DNA of 64,000 bases from Octopus sinensis (GCF_006345805.1 NC_043020.1:18042001-18106000); one strand, 5' to 3'. Positions 1 to 13,850 are shown, counted from the stretch's first letter. Notes: generated by a model not told the origin, from the letters alone. Numbers and translations are program-made.

Positions 1-1452
1 AACAAGAAAAGACTGACAGTTAATTTAAAATTTTAGCTCTGTAGTTTTCATCAGACTAAATCATATATATATAAAGTTGTTACATCAGTGTTTCCATGCC
101 AACATGCATTAGAGTAATGGGGAATATAGCATCTTCCCACATGCCTAAAAGCTTTTGTGATGTAGTCTTTAACACATTTCTCTACAACAAGGTGTCCATA
201 AATTATTTTTACAACCTCCGCAATTTATTGGATCTATTACAGTTGAAATCCATAATCAATTTCTTTGCATGTTAAATAAATATCATTGAAGTTTTAAGAT
301 GTGTACTTTGTTTTGATATTGGTTTCTAATTTTTGCACAAGGCCAGCAATTTAGGGGGAGGGGTAAGTTGATTACTTCAACCCCAGTGTTCAACTGGTAC
401 TTACTTTATCAACTCCAAAAGGATGAAAGGCAAAGTCAACCTCAGCACAATTTGAACTCAGAACATAAGGACTTTGTTTTAATATTTAAACCACTGCAGG
501 ATAGAGTTTTAATATGATTGCAATATTTCAAGGTGACAACCTAGCAGAATTGTTAGCACATCAGGCAAAATGTTTTGCAGCATTTTGCTTATCTTTATGT
601 TCTGAGTTCAAATTCCACTGAAGTCGACTTTGCCTTTCATCCGTCTGGGGCAATAAAATAAGTACCAGTTAAGTACTGGGGTTGATGTAACTGACTCACC
701 CTTCCCCCAAAATTGCTGGCCTTGTGCCAAAATTTGAAACCAATATTTAAATCCCTTTCATTTGTCTTTAAAGGTGTTTATTATTTCCTTATTCTTCAAA
801 TTGTAAATGGACATTCTGTATTTACTCTTTTACTTGTTTCAGTCATTTGACTGTGGCCATGCTGGAGCACCACCTTTAGTCGAGCAAATCGACCCCCAGA
901 ACTTATTCTTTGTAAGCCTAGTACTTATTCTATCAGTTTATTTTGCTGAACCGCTAAGTTACAGGGACGTAAACACACCAGCATCGGTCGTCAAGCGATG
1001 ATGGGGGGGACAACCACAGACAGAAACATATACACACACACATACATACATATATATACAACGGGCTTCTTTCAGTTTCCATCTACCAAATCCACTCACA
1101 AGGCTTTGGTCAGCTTGAGGCTATAGTAGAAGACACTTGCCCAAGGTGTCACGCAGTGGGACTGAACAGCCAATCTTTTCTCATCTTTTTACAAACAATA
1201 TACAGTCATAAATACCGACCAACTTTATATTATAGACTACACTTGTTTCCAAAAAATAACACCATTGGCAAGCAAGTGATATTAGTCTCAGAGTGTTTTA
1301 CTAGTGCTTTAGTCATTGAGTCACATTAGCAGATTTTCTTGAAGTTAAGTTGACATCATCTAAATGAACACTCTTGGTGATAGTGGTCTGGAGTTGTGAG
1401 TCATAACAGATATTTTATGCTGATTTATTCCTTGTGATTCTCTAACTGTTCA

Positions 1453-1583
1453 CTAATTCATACGCATGCATTGTGTTGGTTGGTTTATTAGCTTATTAGC
1501 ATCCACAGCTTCGTTGGTCACAGAGCTCTCTCTTCCTGGCACAGTAGTAATAATAACTACTGTTGGCTGATGACAAATTTGGT
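1453..1583 (-). CDS. Possible terminal exon DQICHQPTVVIITTVPGRESSVTNEAVDANKLINQPTQCMRMN*
   Basis: ttttgtgcatcag|AC; phase 1 fits 7161; non-repeat sequence; no homology recognised. Confidence 0.25.
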
Positions 1584-1700
1584 CTGATGCACAAAATTTT
1601 ACAATAGACATGCGTGCATTTATATATGTGTACATGAGTATTTCATTACATAAGCAACAATGTGCACATGCATATATACACACACACATGCATATATATA

Positions 1701-2340
1701 TCATCATCATCATCGTTTAACGTCCGCTTTCCATGCTAGCATGGGTTGAACGATTTGACTGAGGACTGGCAAACCAGAAGGCTGCACCAGACTCCAATCT
1801 GATCTGGCAGAGTTTCTACAGCTGGATGCCCTTCCTAACACCAACCACTCCGAGAGTGTAGTGGGTGCTTTTACGTTCCACTGGCACGAGGGCCAGTCTG
1901 GCGGTACTGGCAACGGCCACACTCGAAAATGGTGCTTTTTACGTGCCACCTGCACAGGAGTCAGTCCAGCGGCACTGGCAACAACCTCGCTTGAATGTTT
2001 TGTTCACGTGACACCGGCACAAGTGCCAGTAAGTCGATGCTGATAACGATCACGCTCAAATGGTGGTTTTTACGTGCCCACCGGCACGGAAGCCAGACAG
2101 CTGCTCTGGCATTGATCCCGCTTGGATGGAGCTGTTAGTGCTCCACTGGCACAGGTGCCAGTCATCGAATTTGGTTCAATTTTGATTTCACTTGCCCCAA
2201 CAGGTCTTTGCAAGCAGAGTTTAGTGTCCAATGAAGGGAGGTTGGCATGGGTGCCAGTAATCGGATGTGGTTCAATTTTGAATTCAATTTCGATTTCACT
2301 TGCCTCAACAGGTCTTCGCAAGCTGTTCCCATTGATTGGT
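1701..2340 (-). mobile_element. SINE/LINE-tail family C with (ATG)n tail (other copies near 8210, 11965, 14578, 16262, 31685, 63370)
   Basis: On minus: ggttggtgttaggaagggcatccagctgtagaaac...ggaaagcggacgttaaacgatgatgatg; internal duplication at about 2165-2325. Confidence 0.75.
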
Positions 2341-2576
2341 GCAGGTACATACAGGGCTGTATATGCAGGCAAGTACTAGTCCATGGAAGTTGCATCTCTC
2401 AATGAAAAAATGAATTGAAACATGACGACCTGTCCAACTCATGCCAGCATAGCAAGTGGAAATAAAATGACCACACACACACGAGCACGCGCACACACAC
2501 ACACACAGAAGATGAATAGGACTGGCTTTTCTGATAAATATTCCACTTTAATAATTATATGTTAACACCTAATGGT

Positions 2577-2958
2577 TTACTCTTACTTGTTTCAGTCATT
2601 TGACTGTGGCCATGCTGGAGCACTGCCTTTAGTCAAGCAAATCAACCTCAGGACTTATTCTTTGTAAGCCTAGTACTTATTCTATCGGTCTCTTTTGCCG
2701 AACTGCTAAGTTACAGGGACGTAAACACACCAGCATCAGTTGTCAAGCGATGTTGGGGGGACAAACATGGACACACAAACACACACACACATATACGACA
2801 GGCTTCTTTCAGTTTCCGTTTACCAAATCCACCCACAAGGCTTTGGTTGGCCCGAGGCTATAGTAGAAAACACTTGCCCAAGGTGCTATGCAGTGGGACT
2901 GAACCCGGAACCATGTGGTTGGTAAGCAAGTTACTTACCACACAGCCACTCCTGCGCC
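2577..2958 (-). mobile_element. tRNA-derived SINE family A (most abundant; dozens of copies, e.g. 818, 19355, 25797 on minus; 3672, 45983, 57620, 61326 on plus)
   Basis: Head ggcgcaggagtggctgtgtggtaag...ggttccgggttcagtccc (A/B-box-like), CORE-like caccttgggcaagtgt, internal (TA)/(TG) tract, tail actgaaacaagtaaaagag. Confidence 0.85.
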
Positions 2959-3847
2959 TATGGTTAATTAACATCTAATTATTAAAGAGGAAAAATTATC
3001 AGAAAAGCCCCTCCTATTTATAAGTACGAGTATGACTATGTAGTAAGAAGTTTGCTTCCCAACCATGTGATTCTGGGTTCAGTTCCACTGCATGGTACCC
3101 ATGGCACCCTGGCAAATGTCTTCAACTATAGCCTTAGGCTAACTAAAGCCTTGTGAGTGGAATTGGCAGACGGAAGCTGAAAGATGACCATCGTATATGT
3201 GTATTTGTGTTTGTCCCTCACCATTGCTTGACAACAAGTGTTGTTATGTTTATGTCCCTGTGACTTAGTGGTTTGGCAAAACAAAACCAATAAAGTAAGT
3301 ATCAGGCTTAAATAACAAAAGAACAAAAAGTACTGGAGTCAATTCCTTGGATTAAAAATTCTTCAAAAGCAGTGCTCCACCATAGCCATAATCAAATGAC
3401 TGAAACTATATATATATATATACATACACATGTGTGATCATTATCTTTTGCCCGTTTCACTCATTGGAGAGTGGCCATGTTGAGGCATCGCTTACAAGGG
3501 CTTAGTCAAACAAATCAACCCCAATACTTATTATTTTTTTTTTTGAAGCCTAGTACATAGTCTATCAGTTCGTTTTGGTGAACTGCTAAGTTGCAGAGAT
3601 GTAAACAAACCAACAGTTGTTGTCAAGCAGTGATGGAGGGGACAAACAAAAGCACAAATATATACATATATAGGTGCAGGAGTGGCTGTGTGGTAAATGG
3701 CTTGCTTCCCAACCACATGGTTCCAGGTTCAGTCCCACTGTGCAACACCTTGGGCAAGCGCCTTCTTCTATAGCCTCGGGCTGACCAAAGCCTTGTGAAT
3801 GGATTTGGTAGACAGAAACTGAAAGAAGCCCATCATATGTATGTATG

Positions 3848-3882
<35 letters not shown>

Positions 3883-3990
3883 TTGTCCCCCCAACATTGC
3901 TTGACAACTGATGCTGTTGTATTTATGTCCTGGGGTCGATTTGCTCGACTAAACAAATAAAAGAATATATATATATATATATATATACAC

Positions 3991-4191
3991 CAGTGGTTTT
4001 CAACCAGGGTTCTGCCAGTACAGTCCAAGGGTTCCGCAAGGAGTTACAAAACTGCTAAAATCGGCAGTAATTTTTAATTGTCCTGTGCAGATATGTGTGC
4101 ATAAGACTATTAAATTATTGCACAGGGGTTCCTCAAGCCAGTGGAATGTTTCCTTGGGGTTCCGCTCCAGCAAAAAGTTTGAAAAGCACTG
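3991..4191. mobile_element. hAT-type MITE
   Basis: TIRs CAGTGGTTTTCAA / TTGAAAAGCACTG; imperfect 8-bp flanks atatacac/atatatac. Confidence 0.7.
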
Positions 4192-4938
4192 ATATATACA
4201 CACACACACACACATATGATGGGCTTCTTTCAGTTTCCATTTACCAGATTCACTCAGAAGGGTTTGATCAGTCCACAGTTGTAGAAGACTATTGCCCAAG
4301 ATGCCTTATAGTAGGATTGAACCTGAAACTATGTGGTTTCCACACTACCATGCCAGCTTTCATTAGAGATCTACTCAGTCAGAACTGAGATGTGGCTAAA
4401 CTTCCACTCTTCACTATCCCTACCTTGCTAGTGTGGAAATACATATTACGACTTTAGACTCAGTCACTGCTCCAGACACAAACGGTTTTAATTTTTATTT
4501 TAAATCATATTGCACATTGGATTCCTACATTCTATAATTTCTAGTATAATCCACCAAACTAGCTTAGAGTGTTCCTGGCAGGGAGACCAAAGCAAGGTAG
4601 CGGTTATCTTTATGTACAAGAACGAGGGAAGTAACTCATCATGATCATCGCCATAATAATAATTGTTTCAAATTTTGGTACAGGGCCAGCTATTTCGGGG
4701 GTGGGGATAAGTTGATCATATTGACCCCAGAGTTCAACTGGTACTTATTTTATCAACTCTGAAAGGATGAAAGGCAAAGTCGACTCTAGAAATATTTGAA
4801 CCCTGAACATTAAGCTGGAAGGAATGCTGTTGTGCATTTTCCCTGCATGCATGTATGTATTTGTATGTATGTATGTGTGTGTGTGTATGTATGTATGTAT
4901 GTATTTGTATGTATGTATGTATGTATGTATGTATGTGT

Positions 4939-5157
4939 ATATGATGTGTTCTGAATTTATGGAAAGAAATCCCATAAAATGCAACAATTCAGTTAAAAAT
5001 TGTTTCGTCCAGAGATATATCTCTATTTCTCTGTATGAAACGATCGTGTGTATGAATTAAAACTCCCTTATATATTTTAACAACTTCTCTTCTCCATTTT
5101 TATCAAAATTGTTGAGTTTTATTGGATTTCTTTCCATGAATTCACAACACACCATAT
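4939..5157. mobile_element. MITE with ~50-bp imperfect TIRs
   Basis: atatgatgtgttctgaatttatggaaagaaatcccataaaatgcaacaatt versus its reverse-complement match at about 5108-5157. Confidence 0.7.
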
Positions 5158-5291
5158 CCAAGTGTTATTTTCATATTCACAAATTTACGCCTGTAAACTA
5201 CCAACAAAATATAAAGAATCAATATTAGAAATCATTTTTGGAAACCACCAAATTAACGTATGAATCAAAATTCAACCTTTTTACACACACA

Positions 5292-5506
5292 CGAGGGGGT
5301 TCTAAAAGGTTCCTGGCTTTAAGGGTATTACAAAAGGCCTGGTTAGAGGCCCTACCTTCTGAGTTTTTTTTACAAGGATTAGGAAAACTAAAGGGCAGCT
5401 GCAATATGTTAATCTGAGAGGGGATTATGTTTGGATAAAATCCTAATTAACTGATCCTCCTGTATTCTCTTTTACTCAAAGCCAGGAACTTTTCAGAACC
5501 TCCTTC
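5292..5506. mobile_element. Tc1/mariner-type MITE
   Basis: cgagggggttctaaaaggttcctggcttt / aaagccaggaacttttcagaacctcc inverted ends. Confidence 0.6.
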
Positions 5507-5712
5507 TATACACATATATATGTGACAGGCTCTTATTCAGATTCTCTCTACCACATTTAGACACAAGACTTTGGTTAGGCCAGGGCAATAGCAGAAAACA
5601 CTTATCCATGGTGCTGTGAAGTAGGACTGAACCGGAAACCGGGTTGTTTGGAAGCAAACTTCTCAACCACATAACCCTACTTTGACTATATATATACACA
5701 CATTTATATGTA

Positions 5713-5749
<37 letters not shown>

Positions 5750-5849
5750 TAGTCCAACTCATGCTAGCGCGGAAAACGGACATTAAACGATGATGATGAT
5801 ATATATATATGAATATATATATATGTATTTATATTTGTGCGTGTTTATT

Positions 5850-5880
<31 letters not shown>

Positions 5881-6648
5881 TATATATATGTATGTATATA
5901 TATATGTATTTATATTTGCGTGTATTTATATATATATATATATAAGCTGTCAGATGAGTAACGCATGAGGCTACAATTAATTATACGACATTAAGTACTG
6001 CCTTTATTCAGGGAAACATTGTACACGGCCAACGTTAGAATTTATACAGACAACAAAGACATCCATCTACAATAGCAAACATCAACTGACATTTAAGAAA
6101 TATGAACAAATCTATAATAAAAATCTATTACTACGACCGACAGTGCATTAAAAGAAACTCTATTTAACCATATATTTGGCTTCGTTCCAACTGCAGTATG
6201 TTGTAAAGCCAGGAAGCTCAATCCAAAAGAGTGAGGTCATATGTTTGTGCATCTTCACACACACACACATACAACCATTTCAATTCCAACCTGTTTAAAA
6301 CCACCTCTAAGGTTATTTGATACAAAACGCTTGGTTCTGAAAGTGTTTATATCTAAATTAAAACTTTTAGCCGTGATTTTATGTGAGAACTTTTCATTAA
6401 GTCATAGAAGCAGATGTGGCTGTGTGGTTGTTCTTTTACTTGTTTCAATCATTTGATTGCAGCCATGCTGGAGCACTGCCTTCAAGGTTTTTGCTTTTTT
6501 TTAGTTGAACCGATTGACTGCAGGACTTATTCTTTGTGAGCCTAGTAATTATTCTATCGGTCTCTTTTGCCAAACAGCCAAGTTATGGGGACATAAACAC
6601 ACCAACATCAGTTGTCAAGCAATGGAGTTGGCACTGGGGAAAACATAG

Positions 6649-6684
<36 letters not shown>

Positions 6685-7160
6685 GATGGGCTTCTTTCAG
6701 TTTTTATCTACCAAATCCACTCACAAGGCTTTGGTTGGCCTGAGGCAATAGTAGAAGACATTTGCCCAAGGCGCATTTTGCCCAGTATGCTAAAGACTCT
6801 GCCAGCTCGCTGCCAATTTTGGCACAAGGTCAACAATTTTGGGGGAGGAAGTAAGTCAATTACATCAACCCCTATTACTCAACTGATACTTATTTTATCG
6901 ATCCTGAAAGGATGAAAAGCAAAGTTGACCTTGGCAGAATTGAAACTCACAACGCTAACCATTTTGCCTGGTGTGCTAACAATTCTACCAGCTTTCCCCT
7001 TTATTCCACATATCAGTATGTTGAATAGTCAGCCAGTGGACATTTTGTTAATACAGGACATCGGCAAATGTCATCACTGCCCAATTGATGTCAACACAAA
7101 AACATGTGGAGATACACAGATATATTGACATACGAATGCAATAGACTTCTGCAGACTTAC

Positions 7161-7228
7161 CATTTACCATATTTCGCTTACAAGTTTTGACCAGCCTGCG
7201 GGCATATAGGAGACACTTGTCCTGGGTG
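7161..7228 (-). CDS. Possible exon of an unidentified minus-strand gene: TQDKCLLYARRLVKTCKRNMVN
   Basis: Strong acceptor tttgttctggctttgatctcccttcacag and donor ATG|gtaagt; phase 2 to 1. Confidence 0.35.
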
Positions 7229-7790
7229 CTGTGAAGGGAGATCAAAGCCAGAACAAACATACTTATTGTTTTTTTCTTCATATTCTTCTTCAATATATTA
7301 TATTCCTGTGTTTTGTTACAGTGAATCCATGGAAATCTCAGGATGTAAACCTTTCATTAGAATATTCATGTTTGTACATTTGTTTCACATCTGTTTGTCG
7401 ATGCTAGCATGCATTAGGCATATATTGTAAGACACTGAGACTTTGTCTTACAACCAGATACCTGTCCTGGCACTAACCATTACCTGTTTTTCAAGTAAAG
7501 AACTTTACTCAGCTTCAAAAGCACAGAACAACTGCACTTGTCTTAAAACCAGACACAAAACCAAAATTGTGTCCAATTTGTTAAAACATTGTGACATCGT
7601 AAAGTGCTTCCCTTTTGGCTCTCTGGTAATTACTAATTATGATGTAATGTCAGTCGTTAATGATAACATTTACCTGTATTATCAGAACAGCTGAGACATA
7701 ACTACTGTTATTTCCTTAAGTGCTTTGGGTTCTTTTTGTCTTTTGTATTAAAATATAATCACAGAAAAGAAAAACCCTAGTAAAGCCAGG

Positions 7791-7861
7791 GGCCATTTAG
7801 CTTAATGGTAGAGCACTCAGCCAGTATCTGAGAGGGATAGGCTCGATTCCAACAGATGCCA
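7791..7861 (+). pseudogene. tRNA-Thr(AGT)-like relic or tRNA-headed short SINE
   Basis: A box TAGCTTAATGGTAGAGC, anticodon arm CTCAG-CCAGTAT-CTGAG, B box GGCTCGATTCC, T7 run at 7871; acceptor and T stems mispaired. Confidence 0.55.
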
Positions 7862-8985
7862 GCTGGCAACTTTTTTTGAAAGGCAGTGCTCCAGCATGGC
7901 CCTGGCCTCTGGCTGAAACCAGTGAAAAAATAAAAGAATGTAATAAAAGTCAAAATTATAAGGGCAAAATATTTTTGTAAGTGGAGAAGTTTAACCCCGA
8001 GACATTCATATTACTCTGTCAAATGTAATGTTCATTTATTCAGATCATTTTGAATTAATCATGCATTATCTTGTAGCTTTGAGATTTCAATGATATTGAA
8101 GTGATTGTAATAATGACAGCTATTTCTCTGCCACACTCTAATCGTTCATCATCTGATACTGGACCACCTCCTCCTCTGTCTCTTTGTCACCCTCTAACCT
8201 TTCATCCTTGTGAGATGTAAAAAGCATCCAGTCCACACTGTAAAGTGGTTGGCATTTAGAAGGGCATCCAGCTGTAAAAGTCATGCCAAAACTGACCTCA
8301 CCTGTGCTAGTGTCATGTAAAAAGCACTGAGTTCACACTGCAGAGTGGTTAGTGTTAGGAAGCCATAAAAACCCTGCCAAATCAGAGCAGCATAGGGTAC
8401 TTTTCTACTTGGCCAGCTCCTGTGAACCATCCTACCCATGCATGCATGGAAGATGGATGTTAAACGATGATGATGATAATGATGAATACTGTTTATAAGC
8501 ATACATACATACATTTGGACGACAGTTCAAAGTTGTTTATACGGAGTAACTTTACATTAAGGAGTGGAATGTACAATTTCCTGTAATTCAGACCACCTCA
8601 TGGTCCCAGCAGACAAAATGGGAATCAGGGCTACCCCAGAGGATGACGGAGGAAATGTGTTGGAAACAGCCACTTTGACTCACGAGGCATGCACTTGTGG
8701 ATAGCCATCTCTGCATACACCTGCTCATCTAGCAGTGAGTGTGGATATGGTCCAGGGGTCCAAGAACACTGGCGGTCTCCACTGCCATACACTCAACCAT
8801 AAACAATACAGTGCTCTTGCTGTCTGCAGTGGTGAACTGTTTAACCTGTAGTTCTTAATTACAAGTTAGTAAAATTGTGGCCATCCACACATACAGGCAT
8901 GTCCTTTATGGTTATGTTCCCCATTTCCTCTCTCAACCAAGAGGTCCTTGTCTTGCAAGCTTGAGAGTACTGGTGCCACATAAAA

Positions 8986-9240
8986 AGCACCTGTGCCAAA
9001 GTCAGGTAGGAAGCACCTGTGCCAATGTCAGGTAGAAAGCACCTGTGCCAATGTCAGGTAGGAAGCACCTGTGCCAATGTCAGGTAGGAAGAACCTGTGC
9101 TGGTGCCAAGGTAGGAAGCACATGTGCCAATGTCAGGTAGGAAGCACCTGTGCCAATGTCAGGTAGGAAGTACCTGTGCCAATGTCAGGTAGGGAGCACC
9201 TGTGCCAGTGTCAGGTAGATAGCACCTATGCTGGTGCTGC
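8986..9240. repeat. 26-bp minisatellite, about 10 units
   Basis: Unit GCACCTGTGCCAATGTCAGGTAGGAA. Confidence 0.9.
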
Positions 9241-10564
9241 ATAAATAGTACCTGTGCTGATGCCACATAAGAAACACCTAGTGCATTCTGTAAGGTGGTT
9301 GGCACTAGGAAGGGTACCCAGCCATAGAAACCTTGCGAAAACACAACTGGAACCTGGTGCAGCTCTCTGGCTCGCCAACACCTGTCAAACTATTCAACCC
9401 ATACCAGCATGGAAAACAGATGTTAAATGATGATGATGATGATCTATCTTCACTGAGATATTCAGGTTGAAACTATGTAGAGTACACTGCTTCTGAAAAT
9501 CACCAAACCAATATTCTGCTTTTGTTAGTAAGTACCCAATCAAGTCAACCAAACTTCTCTTGATGCTTACTCAGGAATGTTATTAAGAAAATGTCTTTAA
9601 CTCTTAACATCCTCTATGATATGAATCTACATGACAACACATGTATGTCAATTTTATGCCACTTGAAGCTGCCCAAATAAAGCCACTCTTGTTTATTATT
9701 ATTCATTTATATAATGAAATTATTGTATACAGTGCTCAGGTGCACCACAACTTGTCAGAAAGTGCATATAAAGTACATGCAGTAATGTAGAAATGTCTGG
9801 AAAGCGAACAATGTATGAGTGGAAAGCGATCTCTAATCTAAGGGAGAAAACTTCTAGAATCCTTTCTATCATTTATTTACATTCTGCATTGAGAGGTGAT
9901 AGCTCTGGTACTATGGACATATGATTAGAATAACCAGCAGGAGATCTAGAGGTATATAAATATATATACATACAATGGGCTTCTTTCAGTTTCCGTCTAC
10001 CAAAGCCACTCACAAGGCCTGAACCAGGAACCATGTGGTTGGGAAGCAAACTTCTTACCACACAGCCATGCCTGTGCCTATATATGTAAATATATATAGT
10101 CTTTTATTCTTTTATATGTTCCAGCCTTGAGGCTGTTGCCATGCTGGGGCACTACCATTATATGTATGTAAATATACATATATACATGAAGTGGACACTT
10201 TATAAAGTGTACTAGACATCAATTCCTGACACATTTCACGTTTCTGCCTGAAAAAGCTCATAACATCTGCAGTAGGGTCTTTTTGTCCTAAGCCGGACTG
10301 GCTAGTCATACAAGATTTCATGATAGTATTTTCTAATTGAAGGGATGGTCTTCATCTGTAAAAAATAGCAATCACTATATATTATTATTGTTATTATTAT
10401 TATTATTTTTTTTTTATTGCCAGGTGAAGTGCTTAGTGGTATTTCATCTTTCTTTATGTCCTGAGTTCAAATTCTGCTGAGGTTGACTTTGCCTTTCATC
10501 CTTTTGGGTCGATAAATTAAGTACCAGTGAAACACCAGAGTCGATGTAATCAACTATACCTCTT

Positions 10565-11924
10565 CCCCAAAATTTCAGGCCTTGGGTTCTTAGTAGAAAG
10601 GATTATTATTATTACCAGTATTATTTGTTTTTTTATTTCTCAGAATGCTTAGTCTTGTTTGTTCTGGTAGATTCTGTGAGAGTGGAAACCAGCCTGTTGT
10701 CAGCGGTCTCACAGGATCTCTTTCCACACATTATAGGCTTTGATACTTGGTTGTTTAATATTATTATTATTATCATTATTATTATTATTATTATTATTAA
10801 AGGTGGCGAGCTGGCAGAATCATTAGCATGCTGGATGAAATGCTTACCGGTATTTCATCTGCCACTACATTCTGAGTTCAAATTCTGCTGAGGTCGACTT
10901 TGCCTTTCATCCTTTCAGGGTCGATTAAATAAGTACCAGTTATGCAGTGAGGTCGATATAATTGACTTAATCCATTTGTATGTCCTTGTTTGTCCTCTCT
11001 GTGCTTAGCCCCTTGTGGGTAGTAAAGAAATAGGTATTTCACCTGTCTTTACATTCTGAGTTCAAATTCCACTGAGGTCAATAAAATAAGTACCAGTTGA
11101 ACACTGGGGTCAATGTAATCAATTCATCCCCTCCCCACTAAAATTGCTGCCCTTGTAGTAAAATCTGAAATCATCATCATTATTATTATTGTTAAGGCAG
11201 TGAGCTGGCAGAATCATTTACGACTAGTCCCCTCCCCCAAAATTTCAGGCCTTGGGTTCTTAGTAGAAAGGATTATTATTATTACCAGTATTATTTGTTT
11301 TTTTATTTCTCAGAATGCTTAGTCTTGTTTGTTCTGGTAGATTCTGTGAGAGTGGAAACCAGCCTGTTGTCAGCGGTCTCACAGGATCTCTTTCCACACA
11401 TTATAGGCTTTGATACTTGGTTGTTTAATATTATTATTATTATCATTATTATTATTATTATTATTATTAAAGGTGGCGAGCTGGCAGAATCATTAGCATG
11501 CTGGATGAAATGCTTACCGGTATTTCATCTGCCACTACGTTCTGAGTTCAAATTCTGCTGAGGTCGACTTTGCCTTTCATCCTTTCAGGGTCGATTAAAT
11601 AAGTACCAGTTATGCAGTGAGGTCGATATAATTGACTTAATCCATTTGTATGTCCTTGTTTGTCCTCTCTGTGCTTAGCCCCTTGTGGGTAGTAAAGAAA
11701 TAGGTATTTCACCTGTCTTTACATTCTGAGTTCAAATTCCACTGAGGTCAATAAAATAAGTACCAGTTGAACACTGGGGTCAATGTAATCAATTCATCCC
11801 CTCCCCACTAAAATTGCTGCCCTTGTAGTAAAATCTGAAATCATCATCATTATTATTATTGTTAAGGCAGTGAGCTGGCAGAATCATTTACGACTAGTCC
11901 CCTCCCCCAAAATTTCAGGCCTTG
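10565..11924. repeat. Tandem duplication with a 670-bp period
   Basis: 10565-11254 recurs at 11235-11924; I noticed one substitution (ctacAttc/ctacGttc); ORFs 10625 and 11295 are duplicates. Confidence 0.95.
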
Positions 11925-12459
11925 TGCCATTAATAGAAAGGATCATTATTATTATTATTATTTCGTTAGGAAGGGCATCCAGCCATAGAAACACTGCCAG
12001 ATCAGACTGGGCCTGATGCAGCCTTCTGGCTTCACAGACCCCAGTTGAACCGTCCAACGCATGCTAGCATGGAAAGCGGACGCTAAATGGTGATGATGAT
12101 GATGATGATGATTATTATTTTTCCTTCTTTCTTAAAATTTTCTTCCGTTTCTCGTCGAGTGTTTTCCGTACACCTAGGGCAGAGAAGCTCATTGTATGCA
12201 TTCCTAGATTACACACGCAAATTCACAGGTAAAATATGTATTAAAAAAAATTAATATATAAATAAATTCACGAATGGATGTTGTTTTCACAGCGATAATG
12301 CTTTTCTCAGTACATGAACCATTCCAGTTAACACGATTTCTTGCACTTCCTGTAGGAATGGTATGCCTGGTATCATTTTCTAATAGATTTCAGTACCTAT
12401 TTTTTATCATTCCTAGAGATCCTACAATCACTGGTACTGTAGTCGCGTTGAGATGCCAC

Positions 12460-12489
<30 letters not shown>

Positions 12490-12493
<4 letters not shown>

Positions 12494-12653
12494 TAAAACA
12501 GTTTGGTTAAAGTTTCACAGGCTTCTGACAGAAACCCATCTCATTTAGGTTTAGATTACTGAATTCTGTAATTTAAGCCTGAAAGAGATGGGTTTCTGTC
12601 AGAAGATCATACAACTTTAAGTCACTTGGAGTCGAATCAAACTGTTTTAAATA
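12490..12653. repeat. Foldback palindrome
   Basis: Outer arms tatttaaaacagtttg/caaactgttttaaata; inner arms cttctgacagaaacccatctc/gagatgggtttctgtcagaag. Confidence 0.85.
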
Positions 12654-12930
12654 ATAATACTTGTAACCAATGCTAAATATGTTGAATGCCTTTTGCATTT
12701 GTCAACTCATTCTTATGTAGGCGCAATGGCCCAGTGGTTAGGGCAGCGGACTCGCGGTTTCGATTCCCAGACTGGGCATTGTGTGTGTTTATTGAGCGAA
12801 AAACACCTAAAAGCTCCACGAGGCTCCGGCAGGGGATGGTGGTGATCCCTGCTGTACTCTTTCAAAAGGCGGTGCTCCAGCATGGCCGCAGTCAAATGAC
12901 TGAAACAAGTAAAAGAGTAAAAGTAAAAGA

Positions 12931-12961
<31 letters not shown>

Positions 12962-13214
12962 CAGTAAAAGGAGTAAAGATCCCCTTTAGTCATGAATGAC
13001 CATAGGATTGTACCTAGAAAGTAACCCTCTGAAGCACAAGTCCAGGCCAGGTTGTTCATGGAAAAGCAGCAGTTGCCTATGGATACTAGCCTCCCCTCTC
13101 TATGTCCTTGATGTTATCCAGGGGAAAGGCAAAGGTCGATGCCACTTGGCACCAGTGACGTCACAACTCATTTCTACAGGTGAGTGAACTGGAGCAACAT
13201 GAAATAAAGTGTCA

Positions 13215-13251
<37 letters not shown>

Positions 13252-13659
13252 ATATATATAATATACTCATTCATATATATATATATATATATATACACAT
13301 ATGTATATTTCTATATATACATATATACACACATATATTTAAATGATTTCATTTTGGCAAAAGTTCTCCACCTTATATCATATCCTTTTAAGTATTTTAA
13401 TGACTTATGAAACCTTTCTCTTAAATTTTTCTGTTTCTTTTCTTTTGCATCTAGAATATATTAAATTTTAAAAAATACAGAGCATGCTGGGTAAACTGGC
13501 AAAATGACCATTCCGAAATATAACAATAAAAACAGTTTCCTTTTAATTTTTCAGGTGAAATATAAATCATTGCGTGTGAGCCGTGCCAACAGTCTGAAGC
13601 AAGCAGTGTGGAAATTAAAGCGAGTTAAAAGAATTCTCAATGCATATTTAGCTCCTCAT

Positions 13660-13694
<35 letters not shown>

Positions 13695-13850
13695 CAGACA
13701 GACAGAGAGAGTATGTAAAGGCATGATTCAAAAGTCCCTTTAGCATTAAAATGATATATAAAATATTTATTTTCTATTTTGTCAGGATTTTTGCTTTTAT
13801 ACATTTGAAAAATTATTGTAGCTATTTTATTCTGGACACTACACACATTA

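Noticed and set aside
8986-9240. CRISPR-like appearance of the 26-bp repeats
   Set aside because: Head-to-tail repeats without unique spacers, in eukaryotic DNA.
13555-13670. Exon-like plus-strand stretch VKYKSLRVSRANSLKQAVWKLKR after a strong acceptor
   Set aside because: No convincing donor or partner exon; may be a non-coding exon but unsupported.
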